A stretch of DNA of 62,955 nt, counting the filler, from Basidiobolus ranarum (Eukaryota): the NCBI GenBank assembly GCA_040143965.1. It is 20 parts of 20 records of this genome, joined end to end, with 100 filler letters (N's around TTAATTAATTAA, not from the genome) between each part and the next. Parts side by side here need not be neighbours in the genome. Positions count along the whole stretch, not along the records: positions 37,912 to 40,957 come from JASJQH010009641.1; positions 41,058 to 44,102 come from JASJQH010009642.1; positions 44,203 to 47,246 come from JASJQH010009643.1; positions 47,347 to 50,389 come from JASJQH010009644.1; positions 50,490 to 53,532 come from JASJQH010009645.1; 15 more parts are not named here. One strand, 5' to 3'. Shown here piece by piece: positions 37,912 to 50,679 of the stretch. Numbering within the stretch: position 1 is the stretch's first letter; each line of letters begins with the position of its first letter. The notes beneath the pieces are model-generated. The model did not search any database and had not been told where the DNA came from. It saw nothing but the letters and a program-made list of their open reading frames with translations. The position numbers were made by a program, and so were the translations under genes.

Positions 37912-39086
37912 TTTTAACATGTATGAATACTGTTAAGATACCATCAAGAAACCGCCGTCACACCATCAAAATCCCTGGCAGAGTGCAAGCCAACAATATT
38001 GTGACAGTTCTCTGACAGTTTTGCTGTTTTGGATGGTGGATCTGATCCGGATCAAATCAATTTTAATTTTGTCAAGGACTTGGTTGGACCCTGTAAGGAA
38101 CATTATGGTACCATCCCACCACAATTGGACACAATGATTTTTTTGGAGAGATTGTGCCAGCTTATGCCAAGTTACCCCATTTAGTTTGCCTAATTAAGAT
38201 CTTAGGTTACTTACAATGCAAGTTCATCCCCTAGTTAGTAACTTACCAATTATTCAATGTGTGACAAAAAAAATACATAACATAACTTAACCAGTCAAAG
38301 GTGTAAACAAGACATTAACATCCTCAACAGAATTTTGAAGACTATTATTGTAAGCAGACCATCACAAATTTAATACATTTTGAATCAACTGTTTACTTAA
38401 CATCATAAAATCATCAAGTTAGATTTGATTTTTATCAATTTTTTCAGTTTCAGGAGGGAAATTTCTAGATCTTGCAAAATAGTTGAACATGATTGGCTAC
38501 AATCTCAGAAAACACTTGATCAACACATGTGAAAAAAATGTCACTTAAATTTTACACATTTACCACTTGAAAGGTAATTGGTCACCATTGAAATCCATAG
38601 TTCCTTTGATTTTTTCTCCTGAATATTTGTATAGAGTTCTTGATAACCAAGGTTTAGCTTGAAACCAACACAAGCTTGTATAAATATCTCCATCAAAGCC
38701 TACCATTTTATCAACATTGCTGAATCAACATTTTTCCAGCTGTTTGATGCATACCTTGCAATATTGTGCCACTCTGTATTAAGTTCTTGCCAGATATCTG
38801 CATAGTCAACACCTGACTGAATGTCAAGTTCAATGTTCTTCTTCAGCAGCCACTTTCTGTATACTTATTCCACATTTTTCCCTTCACACTTTTGAAAATA
38901 CTCCTCAAGCACTTTGACATTTCTTACATGACCTTGGAGTGTGACTCTATTTAGTGTGCCCTTAGAAAAATAAAAACAACTTAGTTGGATCCACCCATAT
39001 GGATTGTAAAACTTGCAGAGAACCATCACATTATTGGTGGCTTGCATTCTGTAAGGGATTTTGATGGTGAGAGAGCAGCTTCTTGG
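37912..39086. mobile_element. Patchwork of CMC element fragments in both orientations
   Basis: 37912-38085 matches 53130-53290. 38330-38940 matches the reverse complement of 29200-29790. Confidence 0.75.
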
Positions 39087-40300
39087 TGTTGAAATTAGCT
39101 TTGACTAAGCACCTACATAGTCATATATAGCCTAGAACTTAATTATCTCGTACTTCACTAAGATATTAACCATTATTCTCAATCAAAATTTACTTTGATT
39201 ATTTTTACCAACTTATAGGTTTTCTGATATGTAGGTTTTTCAAACTTGTGTTAGAAGCCCCAAACTCTGCACATGTGCTCCTGGGACCTTCCTTAACAGA
39301 TTCTACATGTTAGTTTGCTTACATCTTGATAAAACTATAAATGTCAACTCTCTACTCAATAAATCAATAAGTGAACACTACAAAAATTCCTGTAATCCTC
39401 CAGAACACTTCCAATAGGCTCCCAAACACTTAAAAAGGTTATAAGTCCCAAACTTGTACTCACTATAATTTCTACTTCTCAAATTTATGGAACTTTTCCC
39501 TCTTCTGAAAAATTGAATAGATCCAATTATAAAGTTTGAAAAATTAAAATGAAAATGCTGCTGCAAGAAAGAGGATATTGGGACACTGTGGTAAGATAAA
39601 AAAGCAATGCAAAACTATCAGAAACCAAAGTTTCACTCCAGGTTAAAAAAGAATAAAGTGCCTTTAGCACAACTTGTCTTAATGTTAAACACAACATGCG
39701 AATTAAATGTTCAAGAGCTGAAACTGCAAAGAAGGTATGGAAAGCCTTAGAAGACATCTACCAAACAAATTCTGTGGCCAACAAGATGTTTCTGAGAAGA
39801 CACTTCTTTAACTTAAAGATGAAGCCAGGAAAAGACATTAAATCACTAATTTATTGATCAAGACATCATAGTTGTAGTCCTGAATAGCCTGCCACACAAT
39901 CTTCAGTACCCAGTATGGCTCAAAAATCAAGAACTGAAAATTTGACCTTAAATTATATATATAGCAGATTTCTGGAGGAAGATTTATGCAAATCAGGATC
40001 CAGCCAAAAGAATGAAGAAAAAGCTTTAATAAGCTATAAGGAACCTTCCTATAAAGATCAAAAGTTTTTTAAGAAGAAAAGTAGCACATTTTGTGATTGC
40101 TAAAACAGAACTGGCCATATAGGAAAAGATTGCTTTAAAAGAATTGCAAAAGAAGAAAACATACTGAGTCTGGAAATGTGCATATAACAGAAGATCACTT
40201 GTTCACATCTGCACAAACTATTACTACCAACTAGGATTCTCAAATGTGGCATATTCATTCTGGAGCCTGCAAACATGTCACAAATGAAAACATTGGATTG
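39087..40300 (+). mobile_element. Copia family C 5' LTR (39087-39436), PBS and decayed gag-protease
   Basis: LTR homologous to 10145-10491, PBS GGTTATAAGTCCC, gag TFPSSEKLN, CxxC...GH...C knuckle remnant and a decayed protease-like motif. Confidence 0.88.
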
Positions 40301-40850
40301 TGTCACAGTAAGGAACTGGAAAAAGAATGGAAACAACAACAAGAGGCAAAAAGGCAGGAGAGCACTTAGGTGTAGACCACAAGGCAAGACAAGACAAGAC
40401 TAGGCAGGGAAGTTACTTTGGCAAGAATGTTTATTGCTAACTGGTGTTGATCAGACTGAAGTTTGATCAAGGAAAACATGGAGCTTATATAGATATTGCA
40501 GGGAGAAACATAATATTCTGAATAGGGAATATACTGTGGCAAGTTCAAGTTTTGGGATGTTGGGGACTCTAAAGACCAATACAAAGTGGATGATGTATGG
40601 ATGATCAGGTGACCTTCCATGGAAGGTCTTGGCAGAAATACACTATTTATAGGATGACATGATTGGTTAGGTTTCATTGAATGTTCCAAGAAACATGATT
40701 TTCACAAATGGTAATCAGGATGAACTAACACAAGATTGCCAAGAAAGGATGGCACAGAAAATATGATGTCATAATCTAACAATAGAAGAGTTCTATTTGT
40801 AGTGGACAAGTATGCTAAGATGAGAATAATGACAGTATCCCCACCTTTAG
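40301..40850 (-). mobile_element. Ty3/gypsy-type 3' LTR (40301-40834, TGTCA...TGACA) with upstream PPT
   Basis: Inverted TGTCA/TGACA ends. The minus-strand purine tract AAAGGTGGGGATAC lies directly before the LTR. TATATAA and AATAAA occur inside. Homologous to 57385-57600. Confidence 0.75.
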
Positions 40851-40868
40851 TGAAGGCTTCCACACATT

Positions 40869-40957
40869 CCCTAACAGAAATTTGAGGATTGTTATTGTAG
40901 GAAAACCGTCACAATTTTAATCCATTTGGGGTTGACCGTTTACTTACCGTCATAAAA
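40869..40957. mobile_element. CMC element terminus
   Basis: CCCTAACAGAAATTTGAGGATTGTTATTGTAGGAAAACCG..., the least decayed copy of this end. Confidence 0.85.
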
Positions 40958-43016
40958 NNNNNNNNNNNNNNNNNNNNNNNNNNNNNNNNNNNNNNNNNNN
41001 NTTAATTAATTAANNNNNNNNNNNNNNNNNNNNNNNNNNNNNNNNNNNNNNNNNNNNGCCTGGTAGCGGAAACAGCATGTCATACCCTGTCTTATGGTAG
41101 TGATCATCTCGTATTCTCTGCCAACAATGGGTTTTATAGATGAATGGGTTCCAAGGCCTGCACTCTAGCAGTGAAAAATCCACTCAAGAAGTCGACATAT
41201 CTCCTATTGGAGTTCATTAATACCAGTCTGTCGTCTGAAACAACCTCACCGATTCCGTAACTCAAAGAAAAACAAGAGCTTGGTTTGATTTGCAAGGTAC
41301 CTCTTTCGTTTGCTAATGGCTTCAAAGGACCAGACGGCGTATGGAATGCCACAACGTTGGATGCGTTTCCTCGGACATTACTGAACTCAGGCCAGGACAC
41401 ATCGGAGTGTACAGTATTTCATTTATTGGCACATAAATTAAAATCAATCCTCCTGATTACACGCAACTGATAAATATAGCTTACATCAATATTCTGAATC
41501 AGATTGATGCCAGCGACAAATTGCTGAGGCTCAGCATCGTACCATCAAGATATCACAGTGTGAAGATTGATTCGAATATGGTAAAAGACAGTCAAGTGAA
41601 TCATGTTGGCTTAGTACGACAATGGGCTTGATTAAGGTGTCGCTTTAGTCCACTATAACTCCTTCAAAAAATCGATCTGGGCTACTTATTCATAGCGTTT
41701 GGAGAGGTGACTTGAGACTCGGTATATCATCTGTTTAAAATGACAAATAATCAACACAACATGAATCGAGCAATGGAACCTCTGTCTTGAGGCAATTAAC
41801 GATCCATGAGCTAGCCTTTCATGCATGGTAAAGATCCTCCGCAGAACTGGAATTGCTTTCAGTGCTGTCTATAATCGGTTCAATCGTTTGCAGCTCAGAC
41901 ATGTGACGCGGGGCTTGCCAGTAGGGCTTATATTTCACTTTCAAATCAGGAATATGCACATATGAACTACGGCAATACATCTAACCTTACTGAATATGCT
42001 ATCGTATAAGGAATGGTATCAGAGCTAGACATGAACCTGCATTCCTCTACGAAAAGACACGCAGGGTGGGCTGGTGAGGATAGGATACTATTCTTGGGTA
42101 CAAATCGGTGCACAGCTGGCAAATGATGCAGATGCCAAAGTGTTCACCTAAATTTGTACAATGTTATTACGTGTGCCACTAAGATCAGTAGGTGCCACAG
42201 AAAATGACGCTGATATCTTGCGCTTCGATTTCAAAGAAAAAAAAACCAAATCCAGTACGAGGACCAGTATGCGTTGTGGTTGATGAATCTCCGGCTGTTT
42301 CCTCACACTTGGTAGCAAGCCGTAGACACTACATGTACACCGTAGAAGAAATTCAATTGCTTAGATACAGCAATAGACATTGTCCCTCGTTCAATATGTG
42401 AGACATATATACGGGGATTCCGTCCTGCATAGAAGTAAAAAGAGCGCTAAAGTGAAACTGATGTTCTATTGCCTCTATTTAGAAGTCAATCAAGTAATTA
42501 ATGATGAGTGATCGTTGAGCGATGGATTTACAGAGAGCTGCTGGCGAATGGCTTCGGCTTTAATTTGAATGAATATCATTTTTTATTCATGGCCTGATCG
42601 ATTGTTTGGAGCAATTTGGAAATTGGTAAAAATAATCACTGACACTGATGAAACCTGTGCATATTAACGTATATAGCCTAATCCTTGCGAGACTTGATTT
42701 GGGACCAAAATGGCAATAGCCAATGATATCCAAATGCAACCTTTACAACTTGCAAGCATCAAGCAGTTTCACTAAGAATTTGATCACCGTTTTTGATATA
42801 TAATCGGTGTGTCCGACACCTCTTCAGTCTTGCGTGTTGCTTCTTTAATGCTTCATAAACCTCCGACAAGTTGGCCTATTCCGAATTCCTCCTAGTATCG
42901 ATTCCCTTTCCCACTGAGTATTCCAGTGGAATATTTTAAGTAACAGTAAAGCCATATCGCAACTGCTAGTATCAACACCTATATCCTGATCGAAAACCCC
43001 TCATCACACAGTGTTC

Positions 43017-44102
43017 ATGGAGGCACCAATTCCTCCACTACGTAAAGAACAAATAGAGTTAGTGTTGACCATCAATGTTAGCATCGATATCGTTTCGCTT
43101 TTGTGTAGTTTATTTGCAATACTTGCGTTGAGCGTACTTTGCCCTTATGCTAAAGGCCAAACAAACCGTGTCTCGATACGACTGCTTATCTATATTGCCA
43201 TCATGGATGCCATGTATACAGCCTTCCAGATTGTAAGCTACAAACTGGTCTCTGATAGTTTTTTGTGCAGCTTTTCAGTGTGGGCGCTGGTCTATTTTAC
43301 CTTGGCATCGGTCTTCCTTCGACTTGCAGTTGTGATTAACATCCAGCTTGCAGTAGTTAAGAGCACTAAATATGCAACCATCACCGAATTCCATTACCTC
43401 CTGGTGGCCACAATCTTTCCTCTGCTACTTTCTATTGCCCCTGCATGTGCCAATTTGTTTGGTTGGACCACCCATGAAGGTACCTGCTGGTTCAGGGATG
43501 ATGGTAAAGATAAGAATTTCATCTGGCAATGGTTTTCGTATTACATGTGGGTAGTATTTAGCGTACTTTACTCCATTATAACCATACTGCTCATTGTCCG
43601 TTACTTGCGAAAACAAAAATCCGAAATCCAGGAGGATATGGAGGCTGCAGTCCCAAGGATCCCATTAGAATGCAATCCACTTCCAGCATCCCAATCCCCT
43701 GGCCTGATCAAACAAACGGTCTACCGTACTTGCTGGTACCCAATCATCCCCACGATCTCGCAAAGCTTTGTTATGGTGAATGCTTTAATATTGACCGCTA
43801 GAAAGGAGATCATTTTCCCAGTGTATCTGATCGCAATTACTGGAACTGCTCTGCAAGGCACGTTGACTGCGATAGTGTTTGCCAATGACCCAGCAGTTGA
43901 AGAGGCGGGTGTTCATTTCCAGAAATATCTGGTGAAAAAGTACTACTATGACTATGAGCAGGCACGGCACCTCCCGCCTAAAGGCCAAGGTCGAAAAGGA
44001 TCCATAGCCTCATTACTGTCCAATGGATCATCGCATGAGACTACGACTGTCTCCTCTTCACAGTCACCAGGTTTTACTTCCGAAAGTGGGTGCAAGACCA
44101 AT
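43017..44102 (+). CDS. 7TM G-protein-coupled receptor (cAMP-receptor-like/Git3-like), intronless, 3' truncated
   Basis: Seven hydrophobic segments. Motifs VSIRLLIYIAIMD, C at the start of TM3, CWF in ECL2, YPIIPTISQ, LQGTLTAIVFANDP, and a Ser-rich tail. Confidence 0.85.
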
Positions 44103-44202
44103 NNNNNNNNNNNNNNNNNNNNNNNNNNNNNNNNNNNNNNNNNNNNTTAATTAATTAANNNNNNNNNNNNNNNNNNNNNNNNNNNNNNNNNNNNNNNNNN
44201 NN

Positions 44203-45410
44203 CCTAAAAGCAAAAAGTGCCTATTTCTTGGTTACTCTGATGGATCTAAAGCCTACAGACTGTGTAAATCTAAAAATCTTAAGTCAATTAAGTGTGGAGA
44301 TGTAATATTTGATGAACAAGCAAATTTTTTACCTCAAATCACAGTTTGTGATTGATTAAATACAATCAGCACTATTCAGGAAGTGTCTGACAAGATTCCA
44401 GCTTTATCAGAGCCCTATTCAACTAACATTCCAGTCCTTTTAACATCAGAGGATGATTCAGGACCCAAAAGAACATCCAGAAAGAGAAATAAGCCAGGGA
44501 ACTGGTTGAATACTTGCAATGACAATGTATATGCTTATGCAGCTTTCTGTGACAAGCCACAGACACTAGATTAGGATCTGGAGTATTCAGAATCAGAATT
44601 GTAGAAAAAGGCAATGTATTATGAGTTTTCTTCTTCTCAGGGTATTAAAACATGAGTTTTAAGTCCTCTACCATCAGAGAGAAAGCCAATAGGTTGCAAA
44701 TGTGTCTACAAAGTTGAAAAACTGTGCTGATATAACCAGAGAAAAGTACAAAGCAAGATTAATTATAACAGGTTATTACCAGGCTCCAGTAGTGGACTCT
44801 AATGTAACTTTTGCTCCAATAGCCAAGTTTAGCTCCAATACAATAATCCAGGCACTCTTAGCCATCCATAAACTTGACTTACATCAAATGTATGTTAAAA
44901 CAGCCTTTTTGAATGGAAATCTAGAAGTGGAGTCCTATGTGCAGCTACCAGATGGATTTGCTGACCCAAAACATCCAGAAATGGTCAGTAAACTGCAAAA
45001 AAATGCTACATAGACTCAAGCAAGCATCCAGCGTAGGTTACAACCACATAGATACCCATTGGGAATCACTTAAATTCTAAATATGCTAACCAGATAACAG
45101 TATTTACATCAAAACAACTGGAAATAGAAACTTTATCTTGTCACCATATATGGATGCCTTGAACATTGCCCCAAATGATTTAGAAGTACTTAATTAGACA
45201 AAATCAGCTGATCAAACCAGCTTCAGATGACCGATATAGGTGATTTAAGTTACTTTCTTGGAATCCAAATTAACAGAGATAAACCCAATCAGAAAATCAT
45301 GCTGAATCAGTCTAGATACATCTAACATATGCTCAAACACTTCAAACTGAAGAATAGCAAGTCTTTATCAATACCAATGGATCCCAATGTGAAATGAAAG
45401 AAAAGTTCTT
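44203..45410 (+). mobile_element. Copia family A integrase C-terminus and RT remnant
   Basis: KCLFLGY, KYKARL, TFAPIAK, LHQMYVKTAFLNG, YFLGIQI. Confidence 0.9.
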
Positions 45411-45994
45411 AGTTAAATCATACAAATGTGCCTGTAAAGCATCGGTGCAGATTTAGGTGATTTTGGAAAAGTTTTGTGAAAATAGCAAAAATAGTTAAAC
45501 TTCAAATTAATATTTCAATCAATTTGAGCAATAACATGTGTTTTTGAATGGCACAATTGAGTGCTAAATCATCATAATCTGAATAAACCAAGTATTAAAT
45601 AATGCGTTGCAATTTACTTAATTTCAAGAGTTTAAAGGCTGCAGTTTGTTTAAATTTAGCAAGAGCACCACTATTTGCAACAACTGGCCATTCCCTCCAT
45701 CGCATAGCAGTATGCATGGGAACATATCATCTTCCTTGAGACTTGGGCCTGACTATCAATGCTTTTTTGAGCTTGGCAAGAGCTTAACTACATCTTGCAA
45801 CACCTATTAGCTTGGTCTGGTTAGGATGTGTGTCATAATCCATAGGTCTCCTAATAGTTTGCCATTGATAACAGTGCTTATGGGACTTGGTAGTATTCAA
45901 GACAAGATTTGGACTTGTTAATTAGCCACTTAAGTTTTTTTGAGTCATATATGTCTTTTTTGTAGTGTACTATGAAGTAGGACTAATGGACATG

Positions 45995-47246
45995 CTGAGA
46001 TCATAACAATCATGCCTGTTGAGCATGAGTGAAAACTTGAGGTGATTTGGGGAAGATTTGGGAGATAGCAAAAATTGGTAAAAGTGATTTAATTGATATT
46101 TCTATCAATTTGAGCAATAAACAGACTTTTTGAACAGCAGGATTGAGTGTTAAATAGTCACAAGACAAATAAACTAGCTACCATATAATGAGTTGCTGTT
46201 TCAACATTGTCACTCCACTAACTATTTTTGTATTTCTCTTAAACCTAACTTGTATCTTGATAATTCAAATTTTGCTTTAGCTAAGCTTTGGCTAAGATAT
46301 CAACAATCATTTCTTCACTGGGGCAACCAACAAGTTTAAATTTATCATTCTCTATTGTTTCTCAAACAAAATGATGCCTAATTTCTGTATGTTTTGTTGT
46401 AGCATGAAATGAAGGGTTCCTAGCCAAGGAAATACAACTTTTGGTATCTTCAATAACATCATTGCACATTTTTGCATAAATCCTAAGTATGTTTAATAAC
46501 TTCCTTAAACATATAGCTTCTTGTGTAGTACCGAGGCAGCCATATACTCTGCTTCTGGTGTGGAAAGTGCTATGGTTGGTTGCTTCCTACTATTCTGAAT
46601 TGTAGCTCCATTACCATAGAGAAAGGTATATGCAGTTGTTGATCTTCTAGCATGAAAGTTTCTTTAGCAGTCTGCATCACTGTAGCCTTGAAACTTTAGT
46701 GCATCAGGAGTGTGAGAGTATTCCAGAGCTGGAGTTCCTTGCAAATACCTGAAAATTTGTTTTACTGCAGTTTTTTGATCAGATCCAAGATTTTTGAGAT
46801 ATTGGCCTACAGTTTCCACCTCCACAGCAGTGTCTGGGTGTGTTCCAAACATTATATATATTTAACTACCCATCATGAATTGACATGGGTACTCCTGGCT
46901 TAGATTTGAGTCTTTTGAAGCCCAATTGGATAAAATATTTATTAATTTCACATTGAGCTCCATTGGTGTTGATACATGTATGCTATTCAACATGTTGAAG
47001 CATATTAGTATGTCTAAAATCTATCTGGACTGATTTGCATGATATTCTGATCGGGTTTATCTCTCTTCATTTTGACTCCAAGAAAATAATCTAATTCACC
47101 CATATCAGTCAGCTGAAGTTGGTTTGATAAGCAGTGTTTTATCTGATTAAGTGCTTCAAGATAATTAGTGACTATAATCAAGTCATCCACATATATTGCC
47201 AAGATACATATCTTATTTCCAGTTGTTTTGATGCAAATGATATGAT
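45995..47246 (-). mobile_element. Copia family A RT-RNase H remnant with PPT and partial LTR, converging on the previous copy
   Basis: AIYVDDLII, DMGELDYFLGV and GYSDADC. The LTR start TGTTGA is at 46206 (minus). Confidence 0.9.
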
Positions 47247-47350
47247 NNNNNNNNNNNNNNNNNNNNNNNNNNNNNNNNNNNNNNNNNNNNTTAATTAATT
47301 AANNNNNNNNNNNNNNNNNNNNNNNNNNNNNNNNNNNNNNNNNNNNTTCA

Positions 47351-47465
47351 GCTAAGTGATATTTGACTAAGTAATGTTAACTAACTTATATGTGATATAT
47401 GAAATAGTTAGGTGTATAAAGATAGAGATAACAAATATGATAAAGACAATAAACTTCGACAATAA
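47351..47465 (-). repeat. Dispersed repeat (probable fourth LTR family), shared with 53423-53532
   Basis: ctaagtgatatttgactaa...gtgatatatgaaatagttaggtgtataaagatag occurs in both contigs. The copy in contig 17 starts TGTTGAAG. Confidence 0.65.
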
Positions 47466-49409
47466 ATGTATATTGTCCCAAAACTATGAAATATCTGGCA
47501 GGAGCCATATAGCTCATGTATCAGGAGCTCTAGTGAAACTAAGAGTAATTGGATCAAATATGTGTACTATTCCATGATTTTACATAGGGCTTGTTCCATT
47601 GTGCCAGTAATTATTAGACCTTGGATCAATATATTAGAGTAAATGTGATTGAAATAGATCATTCCAGAGGGTGCTTTATAGTGCCAAATTGTGCTGCATA
47701 AATTTTAGAATACTTTATCCAATATGATATATATAGCACAATCTGGCACTATCACAGAGAAAAAGTTCATAAGAATAGGGCAGAGAGAACTTATATAACT
47801 CATCTGCTTTTGTACATTGATATAAGCATTCAACAATACTAAGCTATGCTTGTTTCAACTAGTGAGCATTCAACACCTGCTAGAGTCTCTTTGTCAATGA
47901 ACAGAGTACTTGAGTTTTCTTCTTTCAATGATTTGCCTCAGGCCACATTCAAAAACCATCAGTTTTGATGTAAAAAGCCAAAAAAAAAACAAATCATCAA
48001 CAATTGCTGAGACTTGTGCATAAATAAGCTTCCAGCTCAAGCTTAAATATTAGATCTCATAGATATAAATATGTCAACCAAAAGTCAGAAAAAGTAACCA
48101 TTTGTCAACTACAACAAACAGGCTATATACTTTGGCAATAATACAGAATTCACAAAACTTTTGACTTCAGACCTTCCACTACTATAACCAGACAATCAAA
48201 GAAGTGATGGTAAAGGAGTTAAAAGGGGTGATGAAAGGAAAGGTTGAAATGATAGGTAAACACCCTTCCAAGAAGTTCCAGAAGGCGCTCAACACTCTAC
48301 TGATAGTACCAATTAACCATCTGGAACAATTATTTGGCCAAAGCATATATGCATCACTAAGTAACACACTCTGACTATCTTCAAGTTGCACATCACAAAG
48401 TTCTCCTATCCATGTATAAACATACTAGTAGTTACAGGGATCCTACCTGAAGCAAGGCTAAGAGTTATCACAATAGAGAGCAATGTACACAGTAAATTTC
48501 ATGCAAGCACAACAGCCATTTAATGTTTTGAAAGGCTTTAAAAGTAGCAATATGCTGCAAATTTCCTTGCTTGCTACCAAACCACCTCTATTAACTGCAC
48601 ACTCAGTGTATAGCTCATTTAAACATCAGCCAGGGGATATCCATGTATTATAAGTTATCTTTAAATATTTTGAACTCAATATGATCTATTGTAACAATTT
48701 TAAACATTTAAAACTAATATATTGCAAACAGGTCAATATCAATGTCCCTTTGGTAGTCAATATCTCAAGTAAAGCAGTATCTTGATGATAATCAAATATC
48801 AGCCATGTATCACAGTTAGCACTATGAATTGCACAACTTAAATGTAAGGTTTGATAAATATATGCAATACTATTCAAGAATAATGTATTTACTCATTATG
48901 CAATACCATTTATGCTGGTTGCACACCACAATAGAAATATATAAGAATATGTATATGATTTATTCATATCTACAAGTAACACATATGGTAAAGCAGAATT
49001 TGAGCTACATGTACTATGCATTGCAGAGGTATTGCAATTTTTAATAGTAATGCAACATGTGAGTTAATTAAAATCAATGAATCAAACATAAAAAACAAAG
49101 CCCTCTAAAGTTGAAAAAACAACCTTACCATTGAACAGGTAGTTTTCAGTATATTTCAGCACTTGATTTTATTGTTTCAATACAAGCTATGGATTGTTCA
49201 ACATGCATTACAAATAGGAACATCTTATAAAAAACATGTTTACTTCTGTAGTGCATATAATAGCTACCATGCCATGAAATTTGATCCCTGGCTTTATAGC
49301 AATGATACTAGCACAATAGAGCCAACATATAGAGATAACCCACAAACTCATTTGAAACAAAGGAAACTTGACATACCATCCTTAATAGAAAATGGGTATG
49401 TTTATAAAG

Positions 49410-49665
49410 AACTCTCAAGTGGATATAGGTGAGACTTATGTCAAAATAACCTACAAGTTATCTATCCCTGAGTTTCATATTCATAAACACTGCATACAAG
49501 CTCTCAAGTAAATACTGATAAGACTCATGTCATAAACACCCAAGAGTTATCTGTCCCTAAGTTTCTTTATTCATTAAGGCTCCATACAAACTCTCAAGTG
49601 GACAGTGATGAGACTCATGTCAGAATAGCCTAGGAGTTATCTATCCATAAGTTTTTTTTTTCATA
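49410..49665 (+). repeat. Degenerate tandem repeat, about 90-bp unit, nearly 3 copies
   Basis: The anchor CTCTCAAGT lies at 49412, 49501 and 49591, each followed by AGACT(T/C)ATGTCA and AGTTATCT(A/G)TCC. Confidence 0.85.
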
Positions 49666-50044
49666 AAAGCAACACACATTAATCACTTCACATCTTCTCC
49701 TTAAAAACAGCTTCTTCCTTGTCCAATATACCAGAAAAAGTCTCCAGAAATCATACTCAACACTTCTACTCTCATAACCTATGACATGCACAACAAATGT
49801 AAGTATGTTTTTAAAGCTTGTGTAGTTCTGATTTGGAATTGGCATTGTCTAAACATCTACATAGTCCAATATAGCTTAGTATTTGGTTATTCCATACCTC
49901 ACTAAGAAGTTGTCCCATAATGCTAATGAAATTAACTGAGAATGCTTTTACTATCTTAAAGTTCCCAGTTATATATATTTTCTCAAACCTATGCTAGGGT
50001 TGGGGTCAACATGTTCTGGTAAGCATAAGGGAGGGCAAGGATGA

Positions 50045-50389
50045 CCTTAACAGAAATCTGAGAATTATTATTGTAGGAAAACCATCACAATTTTAATACA
50101 TTTGGGATTGACTGTTCACTTACCATCATAAAATTGTCAAGTTGGATTTAATTTTAATCAATTTTTTCAGTTTCAAGAGTGAAATTTGGAGATCTTGCAA
50201 AATAGTTGCACATGATTGGCTAAAATCTCAGAGAACTATGCATCAATGCAAATGTAAAAAATGTAACTCAAATTTTGCACATTTAACACTTGAACACTAA
50301 TTTGTCACCTTCAAAATCCCTAGTTTCTTTGATATATTCTTCTGAACATTTTTATAGAGTTCTTCATACCCAAGGTTTAGCTCATATCC
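50045..50389 (-). mobile_element. CMC element right end (TIR at 50045)
   Basis: Reverse complement of 29460-29800. Confidence 0.85.
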
Positions 50390-50489
50390 NNNNNNNNNNN
50401 NNNNNNNNNNNNNNNNNNNNNNNNNNNNNNNNNTTAATTAATTAANNNNNNNNNNNNNNNNNNNNNNNNNNNNNNNNNNNNNNNNNNNN

Positions 50490-50661
50490 AATCATTTGCA
50501 ACTATTTTGCAAGATCTTGAAATTTCACTCCTGAAACTGAAAAAATTGATTAAAATCAAATCTAACTTGACAATTTTATGAATGTAAGTAACAGTGAACC
50601 CCAAATGGATTAAAATTGTGATGGTTTTCCTAGGATAAAAATCCTTAAATTTCTGTCAGGG
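50490..50661 (+). mobile_element. CMC element right end abutting another copy's transposase
   Basis: Matches 29630-29800 and ends ...AATTTCTGTCAGGG. Confidence 0.8.
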
Positions 50662-50679
50662 GACCTTTGTTATTTCAGT

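Noticed and set aside
41058-41650. Possible spliced gene remnant at the start of contig 14
   Set aside because: Candidate splice sites exist, but every frame I tried hits stops and no family is recognisable.
49410-49665. CRISPR-like array
   Set aside because: The whole unit is degenerate-repeated with no unique spacers, there are no cas genes, and the context is eukaryotic.
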